From the NCBI RefSeq assembly GCF_964355755.1, contig NC_092674.1, forward strand, positions 14,880,001 through 14,944,000: DNA of 64,000 nucleotides. Reading direction: 5' to 3'. Position 1 is the stretch's first letter. The number at the start of each line of letters is the position of its first letter. Shown here one piece after another: positions 49,208 through 62,284 of the stretch. The notes under the pieces are model-generated. The model did no database searches. It saw only the letters and a program-made list of their open reading frames with translations, and had not been told where the DNA came from. The DNA is from Antedon mediterranea. Its lineage: Eukaryota > Animalia > Echinodermata. Position numbers and translations under genes: made by a program.

Positions 49208-50559
49208 GTTTTAGAATGCTTAAAACGGTATTGTATTTTATTTATAAAACCATCTTTTGCAAAAAATTAGGAATTTGAGGAATAATTGGCATTTCAAAAA
49301 ATATAAAGTTGCGTCCTTAGCCTCGAGGTCAGATGCACATTGGAATCTTAAATTGACTAAAAAACTTACAGAATTTGTACAACTATTGCATAGAAAGTGT
49401 TCCCTCCCATGTGATGTAATTGGGCATCACATATATGAAAACGAGTAACAAAGTCATGAGAATTAGGATCATGCAAAATTGGGTTATTGTACAAACCTGC
49501 AAAATCAAATTATTATTATTTATTTTACTCGGACATAATGCAGTGTTGTAATTATTTGAAAAAACTTAACCAAAAACAATTCCGGAAAAATAACTGAAAT
49601 GCATTTTTTTATTTTTTATTTTCTTACTGCTTTTGGATGCACCTTCCATTTGATCGAGTGCCACTGTTGTAAAAGGGTAATCTCCAAATAAATTATTATT
49701 AAATAATCAACTGTTATAAAATAGAACTTTGGTACTAAAGTTAACATATATTTTATTTATAGTCATTTATAAATTAGTAATGATTGTTTTTAATAAACTA
49801 TATACCTACCAATTTGCGATCTGGTATGGTAAATCGTCTGCTCCACAATTGAGTATTTGTCCTAATGTTATTTAATTCCAGTTGTAGATCCTTCACAATA
49901 CCTATAGGCAACTTGACTGGCATACAGTGATCAAATGCTATGTTCATCTGCATTTAGGAGCAAACATTTCACAGTTAGTAAACTGAAAAGCATTTTATTA
50001 GTCTATTATAATTTCATTATGGAAAGTAATCAGTTTACCTTGCAACGTTTATAAACATGATTGCTTTTCCATGATATTCTTGCCTGACTTTTTTTGCTTC
50101 TTTAACACATTGTCCATCGCTGTAGTGGCCCAGCACCAACCTTAAAATCATCTTTTTTTATTGAAATTTAACAAACTGTCAACAATGCATGTCGAATTTA
50201 TTAAATTAAAATAATTTTTATTAAAAATGCCGTAATTACTATAAGCGAGATAGTACGAGAGTGTGCAAATTGAATCATTATTCATTGCTTATTAGTTTAT
50301 TTGTATTACTTACAAGTTCTCTAATTGTTTGCAATGTTGTTGTCATGCTGTTGTCTTCCATGCTAGAAACTTCACTCTGCAGCTTGCTTATTTTTGCTCT
50401 GCATGCTTTAGAGCCGTTTTCTTCGCAATTGTGATTTCAAAGTTGTTTAGGTCCTCTGATGGATTTATATTAAGTCTTACAACTTCTTGAACACTCCAAG
50501 AGATGCAAAGAATTGAAACCTGTAAAACAATTTGATTAAAATGGATTATAATAATGCAT

Positions 50560-51090
50560 TACAGTTAAAATTCCTTGTATTGCATAGTTTTTTGTAATAT
50601 TTTATTCATAAAAATATAAAATACAATAGTACAAAATAGTATAAAATAATCGCAAGGCTTCCTGTTTAAATATCTTGTTGATATCACTATATGTTTATTC
50701 CAGGTTATAACCTCCCTTCAAGATATACATTTTTTATACTCAGTGCGAGGTTTCGAAACATAAGGTTTGTATCATTATGTCTAAAGTTATATTTGAAATT
50801 ATTTTGTTTAACCAGATTTGATAGATATGTGGGTGCACGCCCCTTCATATCTTAATATTAACATTCATACTCATCTTTAATTGAGAGGGTAAGCCAATTT
50901 ACTCACTGAAGTGCATCTTTACTTGGTGTGTCCCAAGATAGGCCAAATATGATTCGGGCTGTTCTATTTTGTACAGTTTGTACGCTTTTTAAAAAGCTTG
51001 AGCCACAATTACACTACAATAAGTTAATATAATAGAATTTGCAATATTTCTTTTCTAATATATTATTTTGAAAAATGTGTCTACATCGTT
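50560..51090 (-). mobile_element. Decayed CR1/L2-group LINE 3' fragment
   Basis: Reverse strand reads NCGSSFLKSVQTVQNRTARIIFGLSWDTPSKDAL..NWL. Confidence 0.6.
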
Positions 51091-52527
51091 TCATATAGTT
51101 TTATTTACATGGTCAATATCAATGTTTACCATTGACTCTCGAACTATATTTCTTGATGTCTTTGCTAGTTTCTTTATGAGAGCCATGTGCTTGTAGTCTT
51201 CCCAGAGTGACATCATGTTTCTCTCTTCCTTGCTAATGCCCCTGTTCATGACGTCTTTGGTGGTGTGGCTCAACATACAACCATATAGAAATAAATTCAA
51301 TAGAGAAAAATCTATATTACTGTAGGAACACTATTTTAATTTACACCCTATGTAACATGTATATATTTAACTTTATTTTTATTTTATTTTTAAAACTCAG
51401 AAACACTTAAATGACGACGAAACAGATAAAGATTGGAATTAAAAATGTCAATATGGGGATGGGCCTGGACTAAACTATTATAATATAAACTTAATCTACT
51501 GATGTAACCATTTTTTAGAACATTGACTCTACAAAAGGGAACACAAAGGATATTGTTGTTTCTTAAGTTATGGGCGGGAATATTTATTTTTACTTACCAT
51601 TAGGTGAAAGAAGGCCATATATCCGCACAAAGAAATCATAGTCTCCGAAAAAAAAGAGTCTGATATTGTACCTCTATGATGAATAATAAATAATAAATAA
51701 AAAAGAGAATACAAAAGATTGTATGATACTTACGACTGGCGCTTCTCTTTCTTCAAACCCATTTAAAATTAAGTAAGTTCAAAGCCCAACCATTAAATCC
51801 CGGTGATGTCCTTGCATGAACGGATAATTGAATTTGGGGAGTATTCGAGATTCTATAGATTAATGTCATGGATCAGTTGTTGTTCGTGTGCGTTCTGCGT
51901 ATATTTGAATATAAGTGTCTTGCTGCTAGTTGTTTTGCGAGCATTGTGTTTGGCGCATTTGCATATAGGTAAATGTTTTGTTTAACTATCTGGTTTTTCT
52001 GTCTGCGTGTCAGAAAGCTTTTGTTGCAAACACAGGAAGATGTGATTTTCATTAACAAGTTGTATATATATTATTATGCCGCTGTTAAAGTTACCATTGT
52101 AAGTAGTAAAACAAATTATATTACATGATTGATAGACGGATCCTTGCCTGTTAATTGGATTATACGAAATTGCATGCGTACAACTTAAAACAAATAATGT
52201 TCCCAAATCTTTACTTCAATTTATAGAGAAATGGTTGTACGATGTTTCGTTCTTAGTTAGTAAATACATCATTCAAGTTGATTCAGGTATTAATCATTTG
52301 TAATTACTGAAATTATCTTAGAAAATAAAGAGAACGAAGGAAATATAAATAACGTTGATTCGTGCACAATAAATGGTATGGTAACGGCAATCAACAAATC
52401 GTTGTCTTTCTGTTAGTCTTGATATTGTATTCATTTGAGCCAAGCCTCGCACGCTTGATACCCGGGGAGCAAACTTCCAAATTAATCCGGGCATGGCCTC
52501 ACGTACCACAACATTAACAGGACGTGA

Positions 52528-53230
52528 TAAGGCCCAAGGTGTTAACACATCTGACTGGAGCAGCCAAGGAAGAGATCGTTTGTCGGGAGACAGGTGTAAA
52601 GGAAGATCGAGATTATTAAGATCCTAAAGCTGAGGTTTGGACCAGGGGAGCGTGTACAGTACAAAGCTGCATGAGAGAGGAACACTCGCAGATTTCAGTA
52701 GTACCCTAATCAGACTGTATGATCTGATGGAAGCAGCTGCTAGTGGAGAAGAGAAAGCGGCGCTGACAAAGCTAAAAGATAGCACTTTAAAAGAAAGATT
52801 GGGATAAGAGTATTCAGAGGGAGTTGAGGAGAATTATAATTGCAAGTATAGACAAATCGTTTTTTAAATATGAGAGAAGAAGTGATGACTATTCCAAGAC
52901 CAAAGTGTTCAGTCTGTAAAAGTAAGAGAGGTTTCGAAGTTAAACCAGTATCAAGGAGAAGACAACATTCTAAAGTTAAAAAGGGAACTCAATTGAAGGA
53001 AATGGTCCAGGATACTTTAAAAGGTGGTAAAAGTGAAAGGAGAGAAAAGACATGTTACAACTGTGGGAGGAAAGTGCATGTAAAAAGAGATTGTGGTGTC
53101 CAACGAAGTGTCACAAATGTGGGAAGAAACCTGGCCATATGCAGAAGGTTGCCCACAGAGAAAACAAGTAGACAGTATAGAACTTCCTGCACCACAACCA
53201 TCAGAAGCAGCAACAACTGCATCAACTGTG
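52528..53230 (+). pseudogene. Gypsy gag remnant
   Basis: VLTHLTGAAKEEIVCR, LKLRFG, LADFS..LIRLYD, and a degenerate knuckle CYNCGRKVHVKRDC. Confidence 0.65.
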
Positions 53231-53299
53231 ACATTTTAGTGTTGAGATAGTATCGAATTTTTCACAGTTGGCAGATAATGATGTTTTAAGAAGCTTAAA

Positions 53300-53410
53300 G
53301 CGTACGACTGAATGGCGAACCTTCTAAGTCGCAAAAAACCACTTGCGGGGTTACGCAAGGAACTATATTAGGAACAATACTTTTCCAGGTAATGGTAAAC
53401 GATTCAATCT
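53300..53410 (+). pseudogene. Short non-LTR reverse transcriptase fragment
   Basis: GVTQGTILGTILFQVMVND. Confidence 0.55.
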
Positions 53411-53734
53411 GTGCATGTGATAAGGCCAAAAAAATAGTTTGTTTGCCCTCCATGTCCGAAAATTGTTAGGGAGGGGCGGGTAGAAAAATGTTTTTTTTTT
53501 AATGTTACTGAAAATTGTATCTTTCGCAATTTTTCTGTGTATTTATCCGAATTTTTAGAATATATTAAAGTATTTATTTTTCACAGTACAGTACAAAACT
53601 ATTTTAATCTTTGTGCCTTTTGTGCGACTTTGGATTTTCTTTTCCATCATAATGTGATTAATAATATTAGTTTCTATTTTTTAAATTTGTAAATATTTAA
53701 GAATTTGTAATTATTAATTTTGTCTTTTCCCCAG

Positions 53735-54270
53735 TTGTTGTTGTCGTCGCCCAGGACACTGATATTTTGATTTTGCTCTGCTATCATAGATCTATCGACT
53801 GTACTAACTTGTATGTTCAAGCAGACTTTGATTGTCTTTACGACATCTCTACCATAGACATCGGTGACCGCGAGGAGTTCCTCTTCAAGTATGGCTGGTC
53901 TGGAAATGACACTGTTTCATGCATTCATGGACATACCAAATGTGCTCTTTACAAATCCAAATTTCCTGCCAGTGTCATCACAACATTTACATGTACCACT
54001 TCACCTGTCTTCCAAATTAGAACAACCAACGGAAAATGCAACCGCTCAACATTCCCTACGTGTTCAAGTTGGGATATGGAGGCATCTGAACACCACGGTT
54101 CTTGAACCCAAAGGAAGAGGATGGAAATTAGACTCCAACAGAAAACTGAAACCTAAGATGCTCTCTTGTGGTATTGCGCCAGACAACCTTCTCAAAAGAA
54201 TCTGCTGCAATTGCAAGGAAGGCGAAAGGCAATGCCAAACCATGAGATGCAGCTGCAAAGTTTTGGGGAT
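53735..54270 (+). pseudogene. Academ-like C-terminal remnant (XPG-like nuclease half + Cys-rich CXC finger)
   Basis: VVVAQDTDILILL, GNDTVS, PTENA..QHSLRV.Q..IW, GWK, PDNLLKRICCNCK...C.TMRCSCK. Confidence 0.7.
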
Positions 54271-56838
54271 TTTTGTTAATTTAAAAAAAAACAATAACTA
54301 ATAATAGCATGTTCATGATAGAATAAATACTTTTGACCTTTGACCTCATTTTTTAAGTTGTTTGTTTTTGTTCCAACTTTTCTTCTTTTTTTTCCCTGCA
54401 TATTTTAACATCAATATACCATTATATGTAGACTTGCCCCAAGTCTGTATTGTTTTTTTAAATATGTATTTGTTTTTATTTCGACCGCGATTTGTTGTCT
54501 GAAAATACAGACTTGTGAAACACGTATAGAAATCTATTTGCAGACCGCAAACATCCGATAAGAATGACGTAGGTTATCATACCGTATTTGGCTATATGGG
54601 GCGGGCGGTATGTAAATATGGATTTCGAATCAACCAATGATCATTTTGTTTCAAAATGAAAAAGATCGAGTAGTAGGCCTGGCCTACGTCCAGTGCTGAA
54701 TGTACGATCGAGACTGTTGAAATATGAAATCGTGTTGCCAAGTTGTTTTGTTTATTAATTGTTTGAGGGCGTATAACATGTAAGGTGTTAGCAGTTTCTC
54801 TCTCGTCAATACTTGTACATACTTTAAGGATCCATTAATATTTAAACTATTTTGGTGTACTAAAAACGTCTCTACAAGTGTTTTAAAAGTGGAGGTTGAA
54901 GTGTTGGTCAGTAATTTTTAAATTATGAGTGGAAAAAAAGGAGCAAAATCTGTAAGCAACCATCGCCGGTGCCACAACCAAGTGCTAAGCCGCTTTCAAA
55001 GGGCCCGGAAGCTGCCACGCCCAAATCTGATGAGGAATTCAGGGCAGAAGTTATGGGTAAGCTATAAGATCATTGATTATATAGAAGGATTAAACAAACG
55101 AGTTGATGCTCTGGAGTTAAAACTTTTAGAAGTTGAAGAAGACATCGTTCAAAACAACTCTAGTTGCAGAACTTTAATTGAAAAATTAAAAGGATCGTTT
55201 CAAACAGAGGTAGGATTAATAAAAAGTAACCATGTAGTGATGTTTGATGAGCTAAATAAAACAATCAAGGCTCAGAAAAGTGAAATATTCACTTTACAGA
55301 AGCATTTATTGCAGCTTGAACGCCATTCTCGATCGTATAATGTGCGTATCGGTGGTATACCTGAAGTTCCAGGCGAAAGCCCAATTGATAAAGTAAGAGA
55401 AATTCTTACTAAAAAGCTCAATCTACCCCATGTTTTAATTGAAAATGCACACAGAATAGGACGAAGGCTTACAAAGAAGGACATAAAACTGTTTTTCGTA
55501 ATGGAAACTGGTACGTAGATGGAAAAATGTATTCTACGTAAAATATAACATTTTACAACTTTTTCCACCATAGAACTTTTGAATGGATCGATCTACATAA
55601 TGACTGACGAGAAATCTGCTGTTTTTGTTACACGAAGAAGAACACTATATTTGGACAGTAGTTGGGTAATATTAAACATTACACATTCTCTCTTTTATTT
55701 ATAATATTTATATTCCTTTTCTTATCACTGTAAACTTACTTACTCCCGCCGAACTTTTAGACAGCTATGGCTCCCGGTTTGCTCAAAAGTCTACATTTTC
55801 TATATCAAGTCTTAATGTCGATCTTTAAATCATCAACTTAATGAAACGACCTTACTATATGAAACAGTACTTAAAAATAAGTTTAAATTTATTGGATTAA
55901 CTGAGATTTGGAACATTGATGATAAAGACAGTTCGGTAGAAGTGGTGGCGTTGCTGCCTATATCCATAGTTCAGTTAAGTATAGACGTCTTGATATAAAT
56001 ATTTGTAACTCTGAATCATTGTGGTTTGAAGTATGTGATGGGGGTAAAATGTACGTGATAGGGGTAATTTATCGAAATGTTAATTCCAACATAAATGAAT
56101 TTAGAGAAGACCTCTTATCTTAGATACCTTAAAACAAATGAAAGTCAACAAAAAACAATGTATACTAATGGGCGATTTCAATATAAATCTTTTTAATGTT
56201 AACAACACTGATATAAACTCATATTTAACGGCTATTGAATGTTTAAATATGACTCAGTTAATAGAATCGACAACCTGTCTTGCATCTAACACCCTAATTG
56301 ACCACATATATAGTAAAATTATTTGTAATAGTATAATTATATCTGGGACGATGTCGTGTGACATATCCGATCATCTACCAATATTTGCAATTTTTGAAAA
56401 TATGATTTTTTAAATGATTTATCTAACATGTCATGGGAATCGGTTTATTTATGCAATGATACAAACTTGGCCTACGATAGATTTGATACTAAATTCATTA
56501 AATCATGTAAATAAGAAAAAACCATGGATCACCCGAAATATTAAAAAATCTATTAATAAAAAAAACAAGATGTACCAGAAACTAATTAAAAGTAAATTTG
56601 ATAATTCTGATTTTATGAAATATAAAAAATACCGAAATACGCTTACAAAGGTGTTAAGAACTGCAAAAAGAAATTATTATTCACATATGTTTTCAGCTAA
56701 CGCAACAAATTCAGTAAAAACGTGGAAGATAATAAATGATGTACTTGGTAAAAATAAATTAAAATCTGTTAATGCTATTCCTGAAAAAATAATTCGTAAT
56801 AATAATGATGGGACAACATTAATAGTAGATAATCCGGA

Positions 56839-57273
56839 TGTCATATTATTTATGTTGAGATTCTCTGTGTTTAGGGAAGGATGCTTTAGACCAGGTCCGC
56901 CTTATATTATTAGCCAATCAAAATCGTATAATTTTTGGAGGGAAAATGTTATCCTCCTCTGAAGCCTAAAATTTGCATATCCAGTATAAAAGTGGAATGT
57001 AATAGATATTAAGGGAGAAGAGAGAATAAGATCAGAGTAGATAAACGAGAAGAGAGAATAAGATCAGAGTAGATAAACGGAAAGATGATAAAGAAAATAA
57101 TAATGCTTGACTGGTAGTGGTAGAAAGATGTATTAATTGAGTTACAAGGAATAAAAGTTCTAGTTGAGTTAAATATACTTTTTGTATGTGTTATCATTCA
57201 GTGACAGCTGTGTACGTCGCGTGGAAATATATACGCCTGAGAAAGCTCGGAACCAACTAATATATTCACTACA
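56839..57273 (+). mobile_element. Solo LTR (435 bp) in LINE ORF2
   Basis: TGT...ACA termini, 5-bp TSD CCGGA, TATAAAA ~56985, AATAAA ~57150, internal ~33-bp duplication. Removal gives DNPDEIANVFNDYF. Confidence 0.88.
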
Positions 57274-58236
57274 CCGGACGAAATTGCTAATGTATTTAAT
57301 GATTATTTTGTTTGCGTAGCCGATCAACTTGCAAACGAAATTCCCCCCTCACAAAAATGTTTTTCTCAGTATCTGGCCAATTCCTTACCAAATTCTTTTT
57401 TTCTTGAACCTATCACTGTTAATGAGGTATTTAATTTAATTTGTAAAATCGACCAAAATAAAGCAACTGGATCAGATGATCTACCAGCAAAATTAATTTC
57501 AATTGCAGCATTACATATTTCAAATCCCTTGTGTTATATATTTAATTTATCATTTAATAACTGTATATTTCCAAATCTGTTAAAGTGTGCTCGAGTTCAA
57601 CCAGTCTTTAAAAAGGGGTCAAAAGAAATACCTGGAAATTTCCGTCCTATCTCAATTTTACCAGTTCTCAGCAAAATACTTGAAAGGTTGTTTTGTGACA
57701 GGTTAACAAGATTTTTTGAGAAATTTAATTTATTTTATTTTCATCAATATGGGTTTCGAAAACGTCATAGTACTAAGTTATCATTAATCAATTTAGTTAA
57801 CACTTTGCTTTCTGATATTGATAAGGGTAACGTGTCACTTGGTATTTTCGTAGACTTCAGCAATACAAAGCGTTTGATACTATTAATCACAAAATTTTAA
57901 TTTCAAAATTATTTAATTATGGTATTCGAGGAAAAGCATTGTCATGGATAACCGATTATTTAAAGAATAGATCTCAATATGTATCATTTCATAATAGCCA
58001 TTCTCAAACTAGGGAAATACCTCATGGAGTCCCACAAGGCTCGGTGCTAGGTCAACCTATACTATACTATCGGAATCTGACCGTTTCATTAAATTGGGTG
58101 TGATTAGGCCTAAACATATAATAATTTATTAAAAAGGTACAATAAAAACAAATGCATCAGAGGCGTAAAGAACCCACGGTCAATATCATGTAAAATGTAT
58201 ATGGTATAAGCACTGTGGAAGGGGTCATTATTATTA

Positions 58237-58516
58237 AACTGGAAAATTCGGCTTATCAACAAATAAATACTTTCGTTTAAAATGTAAAATAAGACTGCAA
58301 AATTGGGCTTATCAACAAATAAATACTTTCGTTCAAAATGTAAAATAAGACTGCACAATTGGGCTTATCAACAAATAAAATACTTTTTTTTCAAAATGTA
58401 AAATTAAGACTGGAAAATTGGGCTTATAAACAAATAAATACTTTTTTTCAAAATGTGAAATTAAGACTGGAAAATTGGGCTTATAAACAAAAAAATACTT
58501 CCGTTCAAAATGTAAG
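58237..58516. repeat. Minisatellite, ~57-60-bp unit, ~5 copies
   Basis: Repeated AAATTGGGCTTATCAACAAATAAATACTTTCGTTCAAAATGTAAAATAAGACTG. Confidence 0.9.
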
Positions 58517-58545
58517 AAAACATTTTTTTTTTAAATATAATCCTT

Positions 58546-58700
58546 AAGCTCTGTCTATACTATCAAACTAAATATGATGTGCCCATACTATATAGACATG
58601 ACGATGTCATATCACTACGATAATCGGGCATATCACTACCATATTTGGGCACATCACACTTTTTTTGTTGAACTAGTTGGGACAGTGTAGACACAGAACT
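58546..58700. mobile_element. Small degenerate TIR element
   Basis: GCTCTGTCTATACTATCAAACTA vs TAGTTGGGACAGTGTAGACACAGAAC (imperfect IR). Confidence 0.4.
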
Positions 58701-59079
58701 ATGTGATCGAAACATAAGTCGGAATTGGACTGACGCGATTGATTTAATTGGATATTTTTATTAATGTAATGATTCATTAAAAACTATAAATACCGATACG
58801 CGTTTGATATTGATCAATGGTACAAAAAACCCTGAGAAATAATGTTATAACGCGATTTGGTGATAGCTTAGCAATAATACAACCCATATACTTATAAATA
58901 CCTATTACAAATCCATTCATATAACTTTTCATCGCGAACCGAAAATGTATAAATGTTATTCTACAGACAGTAATTATATATTCAAAAGCCATATTATTAT
59001 TATTATCAATACCTAAATGCGATAGTAATAACCACATACATTATTCCCAATACAAGTTTGTGCGTTCAAAAAGTTACGC

Positions 59080-59109
59080 GGCGTTTTTTGTAAGAAATAT
59101 TTCTTGTTT
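59080..59109 (+). mobile_element. 3' terminus of a related HINE; right edge of the ~1-kb insertion in the LINE RT
   Basis: GCGTTTTTTGTAAGAAATATTTCTTGTTT is identical to the ends of the 1060 and 48624 copies. RT sequence resumes immediately after. Confidence 0.6.
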
Positions 59110-59220
59110 TAATTTATATTAATGATATGCCAAATTCAAAAGATTATTTTGATTTTCGTTAATATTTGCCGATGACTCCAACCTATTTCATTCATTTTCA
59201 TCAGATAAAATAGACCTTAA

Positions 59221-60712
59221 AGGGGGGTTCCGGGTTTAAAATGAATAATAAAAAATGTAAAATATATTTGTTTGTCTCTTGAACGGTAAAAGTTTCAATT
59301 TATATAAGCGCCCAGTGAAGCAGAACGAAGGCTGTGAAATGAGGCCAGATTACAAGTGCAGCTACGGCAAAATCACACTGTGGTTACAGAATAGGAAATT
59401 TGTGAAATGGTCAATTAGATAAGTTTGCACTTTACGTTTGCCGATTTTCGCACTGACTTCAAAATCAATGAAGCGTAACGTATACATTCCTGCTGAGCGA
59501 GGAGAGTGAGACGACGATACACGTGGTCTCTCTGCCCATGCCTGTCATCGTCACGTGATAAGCAGATACAGTATACAATACCAAACTGGTCGGGTCGAGT
59601 ATACCCCGTCTATAATCACAACATGAACGATGTACAGTATTTGATTGAAGGTCGACTCGACCTACCGGAATGGTATAGATAATATAGCTCGAATGAGAGA
59701 GTTGGAATATTTGTAAACACAAGTACTGCTAATTTTAACAAGTGTAGCTTATAGTAAAAAGGCCTGGTAGTATCAATTCGCATAGGGTCTACTACACTAG
59801 CTAGCTCAATTTTTAACTGGGCCGGATCGGCTAGGTCTCCTTCCTACTACCGGTCTACTTGCTTGATGCAGTATCCGCTTTTTTGGAGAGTAAACTAGGC
59901 CTATTTTAGGCCTACTTATTAGACGATCGGTACACCATACGTGCGGACGGCGATCGGACCTTGTTTTGCCTCAATATTTACAGCCGATTTTTGTAGAACG
60001 TTTTAGGTTTAGATTGTTTAGGAGTTTGGTTGATAGGATGGGTTTGGAATCCACTGAGTTTTGTTATTTATGGGCCAATCGTTTAGTAATAGGCTAGCTA
60101 GGCCCATGAATGATGGCCCCAATTTTTTAACGTAGCCATCGTGGCATGGAATCCCTAGTCAGAATTGGCTCTCACCCATGAATAAAATGATTTAGGCTAG
60201 GCCTAGCCTAGTACGTGAAGCCGATATACGATCTGTACTATTCGAGGTATAAAAATAGTATAATTTATGACTCCGTAATCTGTACTAAATCTTGTATTTC
60301 ATTAAATGTCAAATAAATAAATGCTACTACTGTTATTATTACACTAGCTTAGAAAATCTACAAAAAATGTATTTCACAATGATCGGGTCATGGAGGTATA
60401 TTTTATTTTATACCTCCATGATCGGGTGTTCGTCGTTTGTTTGACAGGGGAGAGAGAACACAACATGCTTGACGTCGCGAGTTTGGAATCCACTGATGAC
60501 GTGATTTTGTGAATATCTCATGAATATTAATGAGCTTCCCTAAGCTGCTGAAAAACAGACTTTCCATGAATTTACCCTAAAATGTATATGAAATTAAATT
60601 TTTTTAATTTCTCGTTATTACTTCTTCATTCTGACATGTCTATATTGTTATAATATTTTTTATTTAATAAATAAACGATATTTAAAAGCAATTTTAAACC
60701 CAGAATCCCCCT
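59221..60712. mobile_element. Kolobok-like non-autonomous element
   Basis: TTAA TSD (59217-20, 60713-16). TIR AGGGGG.TTC.GGGTTTAAAAT. Removal restores LINE RT SSDKIDLNIANEHL. Confidence 0.85.
60389..60420. mobile_element. 32-bp P-element-like micro-MITE
   Basis: CATGGAGGTATA + 8 nt + TATACCTCCATG, flanked by 7-bp TSD ATCGGGT. Confidence 0.7.
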
Positions 60713-62284
60713 TTAATATAGCAAATGAACATTTATATAAAGTATGTGAATGGTGTATTGTAAATAAATTAACAATCAACTATAACAAAACTAATTATAT
60801 TTTATTTCACAATAAGGGCAAAATTATTAATAAGATAGGCTCACTTTTTGTTAACGATAAAGTAATTAATGAGGCTGAAACTGTGTCACTTGATAAGAAT
60901 CTTACATGGAAAACTCATCTCAACAATTTATGTAAAACATTACGTACAAAAATAGGTATTTTTTATAAGTTAAGGTATTTTCTTCCTCAAAGTATATTAA
61001 TGTTAATTTATAAATCATTTATTTTACCACTAATTACCTATGGTATTGAAGTATGGGGAAGTACACATTTAAGTTACTTAAACCAAGTTCTACTTATTCA
61101 AAAGATGTTCGTTCGCTGTGTTACGTTTTCTGATTTTAGAGCACATTCTATACCTTTGTTTAAGCAATTTTTGATTTTAGATGTGTTTAAATTACCTGTT
61201 AGAAGTGAGACGGCCGGCCGGGGCGGACCCCTCTGGGATTCACCCAGAGGTTTTCAAGAAATAACTCAGAGAGGGCGCATGTCACAACAACATCACGTGA
61301 CTATGCCATGATCAGTGTCGGCAAACCACGAAACGTTTATTTTTCACCTTCATGAAAAACGAAAATTTGATTTCAAAAATATTTTGGGAAGGAGATGAAT
61401 TTTTTCAAATTTTACATTATATGTTGCTGAAATATCAATCATATGCCATTTTATGTAGAAAATTTGACTTTTTTACCTTTGACCTCATTTTTAGTGGTCA
61501 AGATTTAATCCAAAGACATGACTTCTATTTTAAGTGTTCTTCCTTTTGTAATTCTGCACATTTTGACACCAATTTTACCTAGATACCATATTCTGGTGAC
61601 GAAATATGATTCATACAAGAATTATAGCAATTGGCAACGGTCAATGACCTCTGACCTCCAATAAAACATTTTCCCTAGCCCCTATCTTTCCTTCTTTTTT
61701 TTGGTAGTTGTCCATACCCATACCTACCAAAATCAGTTGAAATTAGCTTCTTTTAAATTTTTTCACAGATTTGCTCAATATATGGCTAATTTAGGGATAC
61801 TACATGTAACCATCTTAAACAAATTTATATGAGTCATATTAGGCCTATAACAGAATATGCATGTCCTGTCTGGCATTTTAGAAACCGTGAAAATCTCAGC
61901 GAGTTTTTCTGCAGAACGAAAAGATACAGAAATTCTTGCCTCCCAATTTGCTACTTGCCGTTTTCCTGGCTTTGGTTTTGATTTGGTTTTTGCATTGATT
62001 ACCGTTTTTGATTTGAGTAGTAATAACGATAATAATAACATTGTGATAATAATACAGTAGTAATAATAATGTTTAATGTTTTAGCAAATGGTAACGTCCT
62101 GTTTTGTGTACAGGTTTATAGTTTTTAGCTATGATATATTTTAATTTTAATGTTTTTAACGGTTTGATGTTTAGAGTTTATAATGTTTTTAACTGTTTTT
62201 ATTATTGTGCAATTTGTATATGTAATTTACTCTCAATTAAATGTTTTATATTGCAATGAGTAGAATGAATAAAACCAGAAATGA

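Larger units (their letters stand above)
54925..61195 (+). mobile_element. Near full-length, decayed CR1/L2-group LINE (ORF1, APE, RT) split by insertions
   Basis: ORF1 54925-55518 (coiled coil, SR.YNVRIGGIPE, AHRIG). APE GLTEIW, MGDFN, IDHI, SDHLPI. RT NFRPISILP, QYGFR, GVPQGSVLG (~58025-58053), YINDM/FADD (~59115-59176), thumb 60717-61195. Confidence 0.88.
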
